This document shows, one piece after another, positions 18,861 to 29,015 of a stretch of DNA of 32,000 nt (positions within the stretch are counted from its first letter, which is position 1; each line of letters begins with the position of its first letter). The stretch spans positions 1,320,001-1,352,000 of the forward strand of contig NC_016070.1 in the NCBI RefSeq assembly GCF_000253055.1. Direction: 5' to 3'. This DNA is from Thermoproteus tenax Kra 1. Its GTDB lineage: Archaea > Thermoproteota > Thermoprotei > Thermoproteales > Thermoproteaceae. Position numbers and translations under genes: made by a program. The notes below the pieces were generated by a model. It was not told where the DNA came from. It worked only from the letters and a program-made list of their open reading frames with translations, and ran no database searches.

Positions 18861-19502
18861 TTACTTATTAATTATAGATTTCAACAGAAGAAAGGCGTCC
18901 TTGGGCGATGGGGCCGACGTGATGAATCTGCCTACTATAACCACATCTATATCGCGTTTAGATAAGATCTCAAGCTCCCTCTGGCCTATACCTCCCGCCA
19001 AGGCTACCTTAACTCCGAGCCTCTTAATCCTTTCAGCTTCTTCGATTAACCTATCTATGGGTATGCCTCTCCTTCTCTGGACGTCTATGCCTATATGCAA
19101 CGTGACCATGTCTACGGCGACGTGGCTCACTATCTCCCTCACGCGGGTCTCAGGGTCGGCGACACCTATAGTGTCAACTACGACCTTTAAGCCGAGCTCC
19201 CTCGCCTTGTTTACAAAATCCTCTATAGTTTCTAAGTTCGTGCCGGCCATTACGGTGGCCCAGTCGGCGCCGGCCTTCCAAGCCAGCTCTGCCTCTAGAG
19301 CGCCCACATCGGCCGTCTTTAAGTCGGCGACCACCTCGGCGGTTCTACACGCCGACTTTATCAGGCCCACAGATCCCAAGCCGAAGGTCTTTATCAACGG
19401 CGTGCCGGCCTCTAGGAGGTCTGCGCCGGCCTCGCACAAAGATCTAGCCATGTCGATCGTCCTCAATAAGTCCACTAAATCTAAGGCCACTTGTATCCTC
19501 AC
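18861..19502 (-). CDS. 3-hexulose-6-phosphate synthase-like (OMPDC superfamily)
   Basis: MRIQVALDLVDLLRTIDMARSLCEAGADLLEAGTPLIKTFG; VADLKTADVGALEAELAWKAGADWATVMA; VTLHIGIDVQRR; VALAGGIG. Confidence 0.87.
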   Translation of the reverse strand: MRIQVALDLVDLLRTIDMARSLCEAGADLLEAGTPLIKTFGLGSVGLIKSACRTAEVVADLKTADVGALEAELAWKAGADWATVMAGTNLETIEDFVNKARELGLKVVVDTIGVADPETRVREIVSHVAVDMVTLHIGIDVQRRRGIPIDRLIEEAERIKRLGVKVALAGGIGQRELEILSKRDIDVVIVGRFITSAPSPKDAFLLLKSIINK

Positions 19503-19599
19503 AGGATCTGGATCTCGCTCACTTTTAACAGTCCTCTCTTCAGACCTCGCCGTCTAGACCGCCCAGAAAGTAAATATTTTCAACTGCCGAGTCATACCC

Positions 19600-20040
19600 A
19601 TGGCTTGCCGCAAGCCCGCCGACTATCTCTACGGCGAACATACGGCCGACATACTCATAAGGGCCTACGGTTGTACTCTCGACGAGGCCTTCAAGAACGC
19701 CGCCATAGGAACTGTCGAGATAATGTACGACACAAGCGCCGTCACGCCGGCAAAAGGCGTGGAGGTGAGACTCGAGCATGACGACCTGGAGGGGCTCTTG
19801 TTCGCCTGGATCAGCGAAATCCTCTACCTGTTTGATGGAGAGAAGTTCGCGATAGGCCGCCACATGGATCTAGAGGTAGGAGGGGATGGGCCCTACGTTC
19901 TGGCCGCCACACTGAGGGGGGAGAGATACGACGTCGATAAACACAGATTTAAGGGGCTCATAGTAAAGGCTATGACGTACAATATGATGAAGATAGCGAA
20001 GAACGAGTTCTGGGAGCTTCAGTTTGTGGTCGATATATGA
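19600..20040 (+). CDS. Archease (tRNA ligase RtcB cofactor family)
   Basis: LYGEHTADILIRAYGCTLDEAFKNAAIGTVEIM; EHDDLEGLLFAWISEILYLFDGEKF; HRFKGLIVKAMTYNMM. Confidence 0.93.
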   Translation: MACRKPADYLYGEHTADILIRAYGCTLDEAFKNAAIGTVEIMYDTSAVTPAKGVEVRLEHDDLEGLLFAWISEILYLFDGEKFAIGRHMDLEVGGDGPYVLAATLRGERYDVDKHRFKGLIVKAMTYNMMKIAKNEFWELQFVVDI

Positions 20041-20330
20041 ACTTCTACGACTTTCTGTGGAGCGCGGTCAAGAGACCGCACCTTATCCGCGAGTATGCTG
20101 AGAGGGTAGGCGTCTCCATAGCCATAAATCAAGCTGGCGACTTCTATGAACGGCTGAGAGATGTCGCAAGGGCGGCGGTGGAGATAATAGAAATTGAGGC
20201 CAGATACGTGGGCCCTCTGCCGCAACTAAAGGACAGATGTCGCGACGTCAGGAGGTTCGTGGCTGAGGCGATCGAGGATCTAATAGAGGCCGGCAGAGAA
20301 ACGGGGGATTTAAGGATGCCCAACTGTTAG
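20037..20330 (+). CDS. Hypothetical protein (97 aa)
   Basis: 4-nt ATGA overlap with the archease stop; charged, helical composition. Confidence 0.6.
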   Translation: MNFYDFLWSAVKRPHLIREYAERVGVSIAINQAGDFYERLRDVARAAVEIIEIEARYVGPLPQLKDRCRDVRRFVAEAIEDLIEAGRETGDLRMPNC

Positions 20331-20431
20331 ATTATGACCAACTCCTCCTCCTTCAAAGATTCGGCGAGCTTCCTCCTGTCCCCCTCTCTGGGCAACATTC
20401 TGAGGAGCAACACCCAGAGGTTCGTCTTCAT
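20327..20431 (-). CDS. Possible 34-aa microprotein MKTNLWVLLLRMLPREGDRRKLAESLKEEELVII
   Basis: Short ORF absent from the track; AT-rich TATA-like cttatttag lies about 25 nt upstream of the ATG; overlaps the 20037-20330 stop tail-to-tail. Confidence 0.3.
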   Translation of the reverse strand: MKTNLWVLLLRMLPREGDRRKLAESLKEEELVII

Positions 20432-20499
20432 ATAGTAGGGCCCGCCGAACTAAATAAGGAGAATGGCTATTTTGAGCGAGGGCTATTTTTATTCTGAGG

Positions 20500-20736
20500 A
20501 TGGCTTTCTGCGTGATTGTGTTTCAGACCGATTTCAAATGTCCTCGGTGTGGCCGCCTGCTGACGTTCGTGGAGGACGACTCAGCGATATGGCTTGGTTG
20601 CGACCACTGCCTCAGATATGTCAAAATCGATAGAAGAGGCGTGAGACGCTACTGGAACTATGTCCAACACAGAGTCCTGTGGCGCGACCTATTGAGAGAC
20701 CTCTACGAGTCCTTCGAGCTAGCCGTAGTGAGCTAA
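20500..20736 (+). CDS. Small zinc-ribbon-like protein
   Basis: FKCPRCGRLLTFVEDDSAIWLGCDHC gives a CPxCG...CxxC arrangement. A start a few codons downstream is possible. Confidence 0.65.
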   Translation: MAFCVIVFQTDFKCPRCGRLLTFVEDDSAIWLGCDHCLRYVKIDRRGVRRYWNYVQHRVLWRDLLRDLYESFELAVVS

Positions 20737-21098
20737 TCAGTCTCCCCGAACTTATATTCTCGTCCGTGTCTCACGATTCTTACTCTAGACTTCAGGGGGA
20801 CGATGTACCCTGCGTTGGTGAGAATCTTGTAGAGCTCGTAGTCCCACAGCTCTTTTATGACCCCTTGTTTGTTCAACTCGACTATCTTCTTGAGCAAGGG
20901 AGTCAGAGAGTCGCCGTATAGCTCAAGGGCCGTGTTAAATATCTCGTCGGCCCTATCCCCCCTAAGCAACCCCCTCACCGCGGCGATAATCTCCTCCTTC
21001 GTCATGGGCCGCTCCTCTCTCTTGGTGCTGCTGGAAAGCTGTCTCGCTGCGAGCTCCAACGCCTTTCTCTTAAGGATGGAGTCTATGTCGTCCGACAT
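20733..21098 (-). CDS. Hypothetical protein (121 aa)
   Basis: MSDDIDSILKRKALELAARQLSSSTKREERPMTKEEIIAAVRGLLRG...; C-terminus VRIVRHGREYKFGETD. 4-nt tail-to-tail overlap with the preceding gene. Confidence 0.7.
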   Translation of the reverse strand: MSDDIDSILKRKALELAARQLSSSTKREERPMTKEEIIAAVRGLLRGDRADEIFNTALELYGDSLTPLLKKIVELNKQGVIKELWDYELYKILTNAGYIVPLKSRVRIVRHGREYKFGETD

Positions 21099-21132
21099 AA
21101 GTGGGACTACGTTACAATGTTATATACTTTAA

Positions 21133-22707
21133 TCAGAGAAACATCTCAGCTACGACGATGGGGCGGTATATTTCCAATCTCTCGAGGATCTGAGGATGTA
21201 CCTCTCCAATATAGCCTGCGAGGTCGCCCGTCAGTTGGGCGCATCTTCCTTCGATGCACCAAGGAAGTTTGACATTGGAGGGGACGCATCTGAGCCCCAA
21301 GTTGCCGCAGAGGGCCGTAAGCACCGAGGCCCCATCGGTTATTGTTATATTTTCGCCAGATATTAAATAGGCGATCGACCTAGCCGTTCTGCCTCTCACG
21401 ACGACGTCTCCAACCTCAAAAAGCTTCAAGTGGGGCCTCCTCTGACGTGACGCCGCGTAGAGCAAGCCCGGCACCAACGAACTTCTTACAGCATTCAGAG
21501 TCTCAGAGACGGGGTTGAGAATTAGGGGGTGCTCTGTGCCGAACATCCTGTAGAGTCCGGCGTCCCCCAAAACGCCGCCCATGACTTCTTGGAACCCCAG
21601 TGAGAGCAATTGCCTTCTTGCGTCCTCTGTGAGCACTTCTACGGCATGTCTCCTGCCGATGCTTGCGACGAGCGGTGGCGCGCGCGGGAGTGCGTTGTAT
21701 CCCTTGATTATGGCAACGTCCTCCGCTAAATCTATCCAGCTTAGCAGATTTATTCTGTAGGGCGCCACTTTCACGTTGCCGTCATCTACGTCGTGGCGAG
21801 CTCTTCTGAGGGCGTCTATGTATTCCTCGCCCGACATTTTAAGGCCGAGGACGTCCTCGATATCCTCCTTTCTGACGCCTATACTGCGCGGCTGCGTCGG
21901 ATCAATGTAGCGCCCGTTTATTTTCACAAGTTCCACCACCTTGCTCCTGCTCCTTTCGAGCAAACTGTATACCAATATCGACAATATCTTGGTGAGGGCC
22001 TCTACGCTGTGGCCCGTCACGTCAATTAACACGTCTCTTGTCTGCGGCGTAACTTTGCAACACTCGCTTCCGAGTATCGGTATCACGACCATTATCTTGC
22101 CGTCTGAGTCCACCAAGGCAGGCGGCGCGTCTCTACGCACCAGAGGAGAGTATCTTCTCCCCTTATCGGTCAGCTCGTACATCTCCTTGACCTTGATCGG
22201 TTTATCGAAGCCAAGCGGCGTGTACTCGTCCTCCTGCGAGATCCTCTTGTAATATATAGGCGGCTTTATCTTGGAGAGGTCGTAGAACCCTATCGCCACC
22301 TTCTTTCTATCCCGTCCATACGTCTCATGTAACTTCTCTTGTAACTGTATTATCTGCGTCAGAGATTCGTCGTCCAACGAGAGGTCTCGCACAATCGCCA
22401 TCACCGCGTATGGCCTCTCCTCTATGACGCCTATATATTCTAGCGATATGCTGCCCGCTACTACGCTGGCCTTGGGAAGGCCCGTCTCCACGCCTAGGAT
22501 CCCCTTGATAGATCTCGCGAGTCCCTCTGCAGAGAAGTGATCCGGTCTATCGTGGCTGACCTCTATCCTCAGTCTATCTCCTTTCTGCTCCTCCACCTCT
22601 CCCTTTATGTGCTCAAAGGCCTTTAACACTTCGGACTCCCCTGCCCTCGTCAACCTCTGTAGATCCCACAGAGCTACATCCACTACAGGCACGCAACCTA
22701 GATACAA
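21133..22707 (-). CDS. pheT: Phenylalanine-tRNA ligase beta subunit
   Basis: RIEVSHDRPDHFSAEGLARSIKGILGVE; KVVELVKINGRYIDPTQPRSIGVRKEDIEDVLGLKMS; RIGRRH-like and NPVSETLNAVRSSLVPGLL; YIGEVHPQILERLEIYRPIVVAEM. Confidence 0.95.
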   Translation of the reverse strand: MYLGCVPVVDVALWDLQRLTRAGESEVLKAFEHIKGEVEEQKGDRLRIEVSHDRPDHFSAEGLARSIKGILGVETGLPKASVVAGSISLEYIGVIEERPYAVMAIVRDLSLDDESLTQIIQLQEKLHETYGRDRKKVAIGFYDLSKIKPPIYYKRISQEDEYTPLGFDKPIKVKEMYELTDKGRRYSPLVRRDAPPALVDSDGKIMVVIPILGSECCKVTPQTRDVLIDVTGHSVEALTKILSILVYSLLERSRSKVVELVKINGRYIDPTQPRSIGVRKEDIEDVLGLKMSGEEYIDALRRARHDVDDGNVKVAPYRINLLSWIDLAEDVAIIKGYNALPRAPPLVASIGRRHAVEVLTEDARRQLLSLGFQEVMGGVLGDAGLYRMFGTEHPLILNPVSETLNAVRSSLVPGLLYAASRQRRPHLKLFEVGDVVVRGRTARSIAYLISGENITITDGASVLTALCGNLGLRCVPSNVKLPWCIEGRCAQLTGDLAGYIGEVHPQILERLEIYRPIVVAEMFL

Positions 22708-22737
22708 TCCTTATAAAACATATGCGTGCCAGTAGGT

Positions 22738-23037
22738 ATGGGCAGAGAGCTTGTCGAGAAGTATTTTCAGACTTTGTCCGAGGCCCTTAAGGAGCGCGCC
22801 AAGCGTGTGACCGTCGACTGGCGAAGCGATGAGGCGTTGGGGGAGATCCAGTTGGCCGAGGACTTCTATGTTTTCGTAGTCATCTCGTGGGCCGGCGATG
22901 AGTATTATATCGAGTATATGGTAGGCGATGAGAACGCCGTGATCTCGCCCAGGCATATCCAACTCTTGGAGGAGGCAGTGGCGGTCATCAAGACCGCCCA
23001 CAACATTGCGTCTAGGTTAGGCATAGCGTCTCACTAG
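22738..23037 (+). CDS. Hypothetical protein (about 99 aa)
   Basis: cttataaaa around 22702-22711 places a leaderless start near the ATG at 22738 rather than 22726 as in the track; MGRELVEKYFQTLSEALKERAKRVTVDWRSDEALG... Confidence 0.6.
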   Translation: MGRELVEKYFQTLSEALKERAKRVTVDWRSDEALGEIQLAEDFYVFVVISWAGDEYYIEYMVGDENAVISPRHIQLLEEAVAVIKTAHNIASRLGIASH

Positions 23038-23078
23038 TTGAGGAGGAAGAGTTATAAACACCAGTTCCTCAGCTGACG

Positions 23079-23561
23079 ATGTCTGCGCCTCAAGAGGCTG
23101 AAGCCGCTCAACGCGGAAAAACTGGTTGGCCTCAGCCTGCAGTGATCCCCTCTGAGGAGTGGATAAGCTTTAGATATAGAGGTAAAACTTTGGATGAGAT
23201 TTTATCGATGTCGATGGATGATTTCATAAAGCTCCTTCCCGCTAGACAGAGGAGGAGTCTGCGAAGAGGGCTAAAGCCGGAACACAGGAGACTCCTCGAG
23301 AAAATCAGAAAGGCCAAGGCTCTGGCGGCTCAGGGCAAGAAGGTGGTCATAAAGACTCATTGTAGAGACATGATAATTCTGCCAGAGATGGTGGGACTTA
23401 CCATCCAAGTGTACAACGGCATCACTTGGATCCCCGTGTTTATATCGCCGTGGCACATAGGCCACTATTTAGGCGAGTTCGCTGTGACTGCCAAGCCTGT
23501 GCAACACGGAGAGCCCGGCTTGAAGGCGACTAAGTCGTCGTTGCACATAGCCGCGAAGTAG
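23079..23561 (+). CDS. rps19p: Small ribosomal subunit protein uS19 (S19p)
   Basis: [40 protein letters not shown]; [25 protein letters not shown]; HYLGEFAVT. Confidence 0.96.
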   Translation: MSAPQEAEAAQRGKTGWPQPAVIPSEEWISFRYRGKTLDEILSMSMDDFIKLLPARQRRSLRRGLKPEHRRLLEKIRKAKALAAQGKKVVIKTHCRDMIILPEMVGLTIQVYNGITWIPVFISPWHIGHYLGEFAVTAKPVQHGEPGLKATKSSLHIAAK

Positions 23562-23563
23562 CC

Positions 23564-24007
23564 ATGACCACAATCAAGTTGCCCTCAAGGCCTCATATCG
23601 GTGATGTTGTTACTTTTCCAAACGGCACGAGGGTGAGGGTGGCCAACATAGGGATCCCGTGGATACAGCCGCCCTCGGTTGCTTGCGATGATCCAGAGTG
23701 TCCTTGGCACGGCCATCTCAAGATTAGGCCGAAGACCTTGGAAGTCGTCGTCGAGAGCGTAAGGATGCACAAGGCGGCCGTAGTCATCCACGAGTGGGTC
23801 CACTATGTTCCCAAGTACAAGCGTTACGAGAGAAGGCGCAGGAAGATCCACGTGAGAGTGCCCGAGTGTATAGAGGTAAAGCCCGGAGACAAGGTGATCA
23901 TAGCTGAGACTAGACCTCTCGCGAAGACCATAGCTTGGGTTGTTATAGGGAAGAGCGAGGATGTGGTCAATTGGACCGCCAAACGCGAGGTTTTGACGAC
24001 TGCTTGA
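23564..24007 (+). CDS. rps17p: Small ribosomal subunit protein uS17 (S17p)
   Basis: DDPECPWHGHLKIRPKTLEVVVESVRMHKAAVVIHEWVHYVPKYKRYERRRRKIHVRVPECIEVKPGDKVIIAETRPLAKTIAWVVI. Confidence 0.95.
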   Translation: MTTIKLPSRPHIGDVVTFPNGTRVRVANIGIPWIQPPSVACDDPECPWHGHLKIRPKTLEVVVESVRMHKAAVVIHEWVHYVPKYKRYERRRRKIHVRVPECIEVKPGDKVIIAETRPLAKTIAWVVIGKSEDVVNWTAKREVLTTA

Positions 24008-24654
24008 GCTTCATAGTCATCGCCGACACTAGGGAATATAGATCAGACGTTATAAAATATATCAAAGAGGCTGGCTGTCAAGTCCTCGAAAAACAATTAG
24101 ATGTTGGAGACTATGTCGCAGGTCTTTTTGTCTTTGAGCGCAAAAGCTCACACGATTTCGTCACCTCTATCGTAGACAATAGGCTCTTCGACCAATTAAG
24201 CAGACTGAAGACAAGTGGCCTGAGGCCCGTAGTCCTCATCGAGGGCGACCTCTGGAGGGCTCTCAGCCAGAGGGCCGTTCATCCAAACGCAGTATTAGGC
24301 GCCCAACTGGCAATCCTGAGGATGGGCGTTGGCATAATATATACACAGACTCAAGAACAGAGCGGCAACGCCATATGTCTCGCTGCCAAGCAGTCGGAAA
24401 AAGAGGGCAGAGGCGTAAGATTGCCCCGGAGCAAGGAGGCCGACCTAAACTCGATCAGAATACAGTTGCTCACATCTCTGCCCGGCGTCGGTGTAAAGAC
24501 TGCTGAGGAGCTTCTGAAGAGGTACGGAACCCCTCTACGAGCTCTGCAGAACTATAAGTACTGGCCTCTCTCAACAAAGGCCTTGTTGAAGATAAAGAGG
24601 ATTTTGGAGGGCGATCAAGACGAGGAGGGGGGAGGCCTTCTCTCATTCATTTAA
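24004..24654 (+). CDS. XPF/ERCC4-family structure-specific nuclease with HhH C-terminus
   Basis: IVIADTREYRSDVIKYIKEAGCQVLEKQLDVGDYVAGLFVFERKSSHDFVTSI (ERKxxxD nuclease motif); LLTSLPGVGVKTAEELLKRYGTP (HhH). TTG at 24004 overlaps the rps17p TGA; the track start at 23935 lies inside rps17p. Confidence 0.9.
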   Translation: MSFIVIADTREYRSDVIKYIKEAGCQVLEKQLDVGDYVAGLFVFERKSSHDFVTSIVDNRLFDQLSRLKTSGLRPVVLIEGDLWRALSQRAVHPNAVLGAQLAILRMGVGIIYTQTQEQSGNAICLAAKQSEKEGRGVRLPRSKEADLNSIRIQLLTSLPGVGVKTAEELLKRYGTPLRALQNYKYWPLSTKALLKIKRILEGDQDEEGGGLLSFI

Positions 24655-25710
24655 CGAAATCCTCCACTCAAGGCCCATCCGGCTGGGAACATCGCCGCAT
24701 TCCCGTGGAGGGCTCTCTAATATCCTGCGCATGTTGAGGGCCAGGCGCGTAGGCCTCCGTCTCTCGTCCAATAGAGCAAAGAAGGGTCTATAGCCCAGAC
24801 CCCACTCGTAGCCGTGAAGGAGGGACCACCATATGGCCGCCTCGGGAGCGAGCTCCTTGAATACAGTTGACATATGACAGAGGTAGGCCTCTCTTATGGC
24901 CTCGTTACGCGTAGCTATTCCGTATTCCGTGACGGCGATCTTATATTTTCTCAAGTCAAGCAAAAGCTCCGGCCTTAGAACGTTTTCGAAGTCGCCGAAG
25001 GACACCTCTGTCGCTACGTAGTAGTTCACCGCAACTATATCCATCTCCCTCGCTATATCTAGAGTCGTTGGAGAGAGCCTTGTTAAAATCCAGGCCACGG
25101 GCTTGTGGCGCAAGTTCCTCGCTATATACTTGTTGTACGGATGCGTGAACGTGGCGCGCACTCCATAGCTCCTAGCAATGTCGCGGGCTTCAAGTATAGC
25201 TTCTCTGATGTTATCGAAGGCCCTTTTAGCATGCTTATAAGCAAGATATCCGTAGGGAGGCAGAATCCCTCTTAAATATGCAAGATATACATATATTTCT
25301 GGTTCATTAAAAATAATAAGATAATCTATATTTCTATTATAATTTATCAAAATAAATTCAATATAATTTTTAAAATGAGCCAAAATCTCCTTAGACTCCC
25401 AGGCGCCGATCTTCCATATCCACTTTGGATTCGTGAAGTGGTGCGCCGTAAGCCAGATCTCTAGCCCCGTCTCTTTCACATAGTTCAGATACCGGGCAAA
25501 GAAGTCGGCCCACCTCTTGTCTATGAACCCTCTTTGGGGCTCTATCAGCGCCCACTCTATCCCCGTCCTGAATACGTCGAGCCCTAGGCCCTTAGCCGCT
25601 CTTATATCCTCCTCATAAAACTGCAAGTGTCTTGCCCCCTCTTCGTCGGGAAGATCACAGCCGCAGATACCGAAGTGTTGGTAGGGCGATATGGCGGCGC
25701 CTATCTTCAT
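24643..25710 (-). CDS. Glycoside hydrolase family 1-like protein (compact, 355 aa)
   Basis: FRTGIEWALIEPQRG; LIIFNEPEIYVY (acid/base NEP); DIVAVNYY; KIAVTEYGIATRNE (nucleophile E); HGYEWGLGYRPFFALLD. Confidence 0.86.
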   Translation of the reverse strand: MKIGAAISPYQHFGICGCDLPDEEGARHLQFYEEDIRAAKGLGLDVFRTGIEWALIEPQRGFIDKRWADFFARYLNYVKETGLEIWLTAHHFTNPKWIWKIGAWESKEILAHFKNYIEFILINYNRNIDYLIIFNEPEIYVYLAYLRGILPPYGYLAYKHAKRAFDNIREAILEARDIARSYGVRATFTHPYNKYIARNLRHKPVAWILTRLSPTTLDIAREMDIVAVNYYVATEVSFGDFENVLRPELLLDLRKYKIAVTEYGIATRNEAIREAYLCHMSTVFKELAPEAAIWWSLLHGYEWGLGYRPFFALLDERRRPTRLALNMRRILESPPRECGDVPSRMGLEWRISLNE

Positions 25711-26126
25711 CTAAGTATTAACACTGAGGTAGGCGCTGTCAGGGCTATTATCGCCGATATTGAGTTGTACAATAGAGCTTGTGCGCCCGTCAGCCCTCTG
25801 GACTCAACTATTATAAGATCATAAAATTCATTATTAATTTCATTGATTATCATAGACGCAATTGTTTCATTATTTTTTAGTTTTTCTATTTTTAGTTCAT
25901 ATGGAATATCATTGGCATATTTCGATAAGAATTCTCTCACTCTATTCTCATCTTCTCCGGCTTGACTCACATAGAAGAACACTATCTTTGAGCCGTACCT
26001 GTGGTAAAAATCGCGGGCCACCTCTATGGAGTTGAGCGAGCGCTCTGTAGGAGCTATTGGGACTAGTATCCTCCTAAACTTGTAGGCCAGTTTATAGGCC
26101 GGTTCATCTATTGTATTTCTTTCCAT
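25707..26126 (-). CDS. Universal stress protein (UspA) family
   Basis: [39 protein letters not shown]...[37 protein letters not shown]. Confidence 0.85.
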   Translation of the reverse strand: MERNTIDEPAYKLAYKFRRILVPIAPTERSLNSIEVARDFYHRYGSKIVFFYVSQAGEDENRVREFLSKYANDIPYELKIEKLKNNETIASMIINEINNEFYDLIIVESRGLTGAQALLYNSISAIIALTAPTSVLILR

Positions 26127-27135
26127 GCGTCACAATGCCCAACGATTTATCAGTTTTTTCTATAGAGCTCCACTTGTCCGCAAGTCTGTACATGGCCCTT
26201 ATAGCGTCTATGTTCTCAGGCACGACTACGGCCTCTTGGTGGACCCCATACATTAGATATAGCTCGTTGCCTCTCACCGTCACAGAATCTTGTAGCACGG
26301 AGACCTCCCACACATCACCTCTCGGCCTCCCTATATCGCGGGCCCATTCAATAATCTGGGCCAGGCTCGAGTACCCCTTCTTCGTCTCAAACAAGAGGAT
26401 CCTCGGAGTGGTCGCCAAAGCCTCCATCACGGCGTCTTTTGAGGGGGCCTCATCCAACTCTATGTAGGCCATGTGCATATGCATTATTGTGACTGGTACA
26501 GCTACGGCGAGCGTCACTATATCTATGCCCTCCAACACCGTCTGAACGTCTGGCCCGTGATGGCTCGGCACTGTGGCAGGGTTGGGGACGACGTCGTTTA
26601 TAGGACCCTTCTTGTGCTCCTTGGGATCGGCGCCCCTCCTCGTTATGAAGACTCTGGCCCTTCTTATCTTATATCCGTTGAGCAAGAGCGAGGACAACAC
26701 CCTCGTAATCGATGTAGTGTTGCAACTGACCACTCTGATGTATCTTTTGCCCAAAGCCTTCTCATAGTTGCCAAGAGCGTTGAAGCTGACCTCAGCTACA
26801 TCGGCCTCCTCGCCGCCTTGAAATATTGCGTTTTTCCCCAACTTGACATAGAGCTCCTTGTTCTGCGCGCCTACTCCATCGGGCGTAGCGTCTACTATTA
26901 CGTCAGCTCTCGACGCTAGATCGTTTAAGTCTCCCTCCACCTCTACGCCGATCTTCTTGAATGCGTCTGCCTTCTCCCGCGGCGCAAAGACCCTATAACC
27001 CTTTTGAGCGGCAGCGACGGCCTCGTAGTCGGGAGTCACCTTATATATTCCGACTAAAGTCATGTCATCTTGTCTAGAGACGGCGTCAGCCACACGCTTT
27101 CCTATAGTCCCGTATCCTACTATTGCGACCTTCAT
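26104..27135 (-). CDS. gap: Archaeal phosphorylating glyceraldehyde-3-phosphate dehydrogenase (type II)
   Basis: [30 protein letters not shown]; [18 protein letters not shown] (catalytic Cys); [24 protein letters not shown]; [12 protein letters not shown]. Confidence 0.96.
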   Translation of the reverse strand: MKVAIVGYGTIGKRVADAVSRQDDMTLVGIYKVTPDYEAVAAAQKGYRVFAPREKADAFKKIGVEVEGDLNDLASRADVIVDATPDGVGAQNKELYVKLGKNAIFQGGEEADVAEVSFNALGNYEKALGKRYIRVVSCNTTSITRVLSSLLLNGYKIRRARVFITRRGADPKEHKKGPINDVVPNPATVPSHHGPDVQTVLEGIDIVTLAVAVPVTIMHMHMAYIELDEAPSKDAVMEALATTPRILLFETKKGYSSLAQIIEWARDIGRPRGDVWEVSVLQDSVTVRGNELYLMYGVHQEAVVVPENIDAIRAMYRLADKWSSIEKTDKSLGIVTHGKKYNR

Positions 27136-28337
27136 CGCCAGAACTTCTGAGCAGATATTATTAAGGCTCTAAGAGCCGGTAGCTCCTCCGAGAAGGCCAT
27201 CAGGAAGGCCCGCCCGCCTGTTGATACGTGGTACAGCTTATCAATTACGCCTGCCCTCTCGGCCGCCATTATAGTATGACCGCCTCCTATAATGCCCTTT
27301 CTGCTCGCGGCGGCCTTTAGTATCTGCAACGTCCCCTCCGAGAAGAGGGGATCTTCTATCTTGCCCATAGGCCCCGTGATTATCACGACCTCATAGTTTC
27401 TTATCATATCGGTGAACTCCCCGACGGCTTTATCGCCTATATCGCCCGGTAGTTCGTCTAGCTCCTTAAAGCTGCGGCTACCCGATGTGCTCCTGAAATC
27501 CGCCGGTAACAGTATGGCGTCCTTGTACCTCTCTAATAGGCCCCTCGCTCTCTCTACTTCCGATAATAAGCCTTGTCTCTCCAATCCGTTTCTGACGACA
27601 GCATTGGGCGCCTCCTTAGCCGCCGAAAAGACGACGCCCACTAGTCCGCCCACCAACACTTTATCGACGAGACCTCTATCTAGCGTCTCTTTTATAGCCC
27701 TAAGCGATTCGGGCACCTTCGCCCCTCCAACTATTAACAGCGCCTGTTTTCTATACCGCCAAATTTCAGCCAAAGCCGATAGCTCGCGCTCCATCACGTG
27801 GCCCATACATGAGGGGAGAACTAAAGGAAATCCCACAACGCTGGGCTGAGATCTGTGGGCCACCGCAAAGCCGTCGAAAACAAAAAAGCGGGCCTTCGGA
27901 GCTAGCTTCCGCACCAACCACGTGTCTGCTTGTTTCTCAGGGGGATTCTCTATTAGTTCCTCGGACAAAATCCTCACATTCTCCAACAACAGTATGTCGC
28001 CTCCCCTCAATTCCTCTATCATGCCCAACGCGGCAGGCCCAATGACGTCCTCGATGAACTCAATACTTTTTCCTATATACTTTTCAAGAAGAGGTTTGTG
28101 AACAGATAAACTCATGAAATCCTCTTGTCCCGGCCTACCTTGATGGGCCAAGACCACGACTCTGGCCCCTGAATCGGAAAGTATACGTAAGGTTCTCGCG
28201 TGAGCTCTTAACCTAAAATCATCTAATATTTTGCCATTCTTTATAGGAGAATTTATATCTATTCTAACGATAACTGTCGAATTAGGTTCAGCACATTTAT
28301 ATATATTTGGAACATAAGAAATAACTTGTTCTAACAT
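27132..28337 (-). CDS. pgk: Phosphoglycerate kinase
   Basis: [47 protein letters not shown]; [10 protein letters not shown]; [16 protein letters not shown]; IGGGHTI. Confidence 0.96.
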   Translation of the reverse strand: MLEQVISYVPNIYKCAEPNSTVIVRIDINSPIKNGKILDDFRLRAHARTLRILSDSGARVVVLAHQGRPGQEDFMSLSVHKPLLEKYIGKSIEFIEDVIGPAALGMIEELRGGDILLLENVRILSEELIENPPEKQADTWLVRKLAPKARFFVFDGFAVAHRSQPSVVGFPLVLPSCMGHVMERELSALAEIWRYRKQALLIVGGAKVPESLRAIKETLDRGLVDKVLVGGLVGVVFSAAKEAPNAVVRNGLERQGLLSEVERARGLLERYKDAILLPADFRSTSGSRSFKELDELPGDIGDKAVGEFTDMIRNYEVVIITGPMGKIEDPLFSEGTLQILKAAASRKGIIGGGHTIMAAERAGVIDKLYHVSTGGRAFLMAFSEELPALRALIISAQKFWR

Positions 28338-28424
28338 GGTTTATCAAGATTGTTGAGTATTAAAAATTTTACCATTTCACCTAGTATATAGACTATATAT
28401 GACAACCTTAAAAGAGAGTCTGCT

Positions 28425-29015
28425 GTGTCCCACATGGCTGGATTCGAAAAATACAAGATGGCCTTATTAGAAGTAGCCAAAGCTTTGTCAGATAGCGGTA
28501 TTGACTTCGTCCTTGTGGGTTCCGCCGTCCTCCCCCTAGTTTACAATATCGACTATGAGCCCGGTGACCTAGATATTTTTATAGTTAACAAATCGACTAT
28601 ATTAGATTACGAGTTGTTTGAAGATATAGCGCGGAGACACGATTGGGATATAGGGTCGACGGATCATGGAACGATATACTACGAGATGTTGGTATCCGGG
28701 GAGATGTTGAAGGTAGACCTATTAGAGAACATATTAGATATATATATTCCTCCTGAGATACTCGAAAAAACTATTAGAGTAAAAATTGATGATTTTTATA
28801 TAAAGAGTATAAAATTAGAAGATTTATTAGTACTGAAGGCAAAGATAGCTACGAGGGACGCCGAAGAGTTTATAGCATATGTTGCGAGGCTCCTAGCAGA
28901 TCCTAAATATAATATTAATATTAATAAAAAATATATTAAAGATATAATAGATTTATTCCAAGAAAAAGAAAATATAATTGACAGATTAAATAAAAATGGT
29001 ATATATATCGATTAG
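28425..29015 (+). CDS. Nucleotidyltransferase-fold protein
   Basis: GIDFVLVGSAVLPLVYNIDYEPGDLDIFIVNK resembles the GSxxxG...DLD NTase motif; KLEDLLVLKAKIATRDAEEFIAYVARLL. Met4 (28434) is an alternative start. Confidence 0.75.
   Translation: MSHMAGFEKYKMALLEVAKALSDSGIDFVLVGSAVLPLVYNIDYEPGDLDIFIVNKSTILDYELFEDIARRHDWDIGSTDHGTIYYEMLVSGEMLKVDLLENILDIYIPPEILEKTIRVKIDDFYIKSIKLEDLLVLKAKIATRDAEEFIAYVARLLADPKYNININKKYIKDIIDLFQEKENIIDRLNKNGIYID

Noticed and set aside
18568-19557. 329-aa plus-strand ORF opposite adkA and the HPS-like gene
   Set aside because: It is a long antisense shadow of two well-recognised minus-strand genes, with Ser/Thr-rich low-information sequence and no family pattern.
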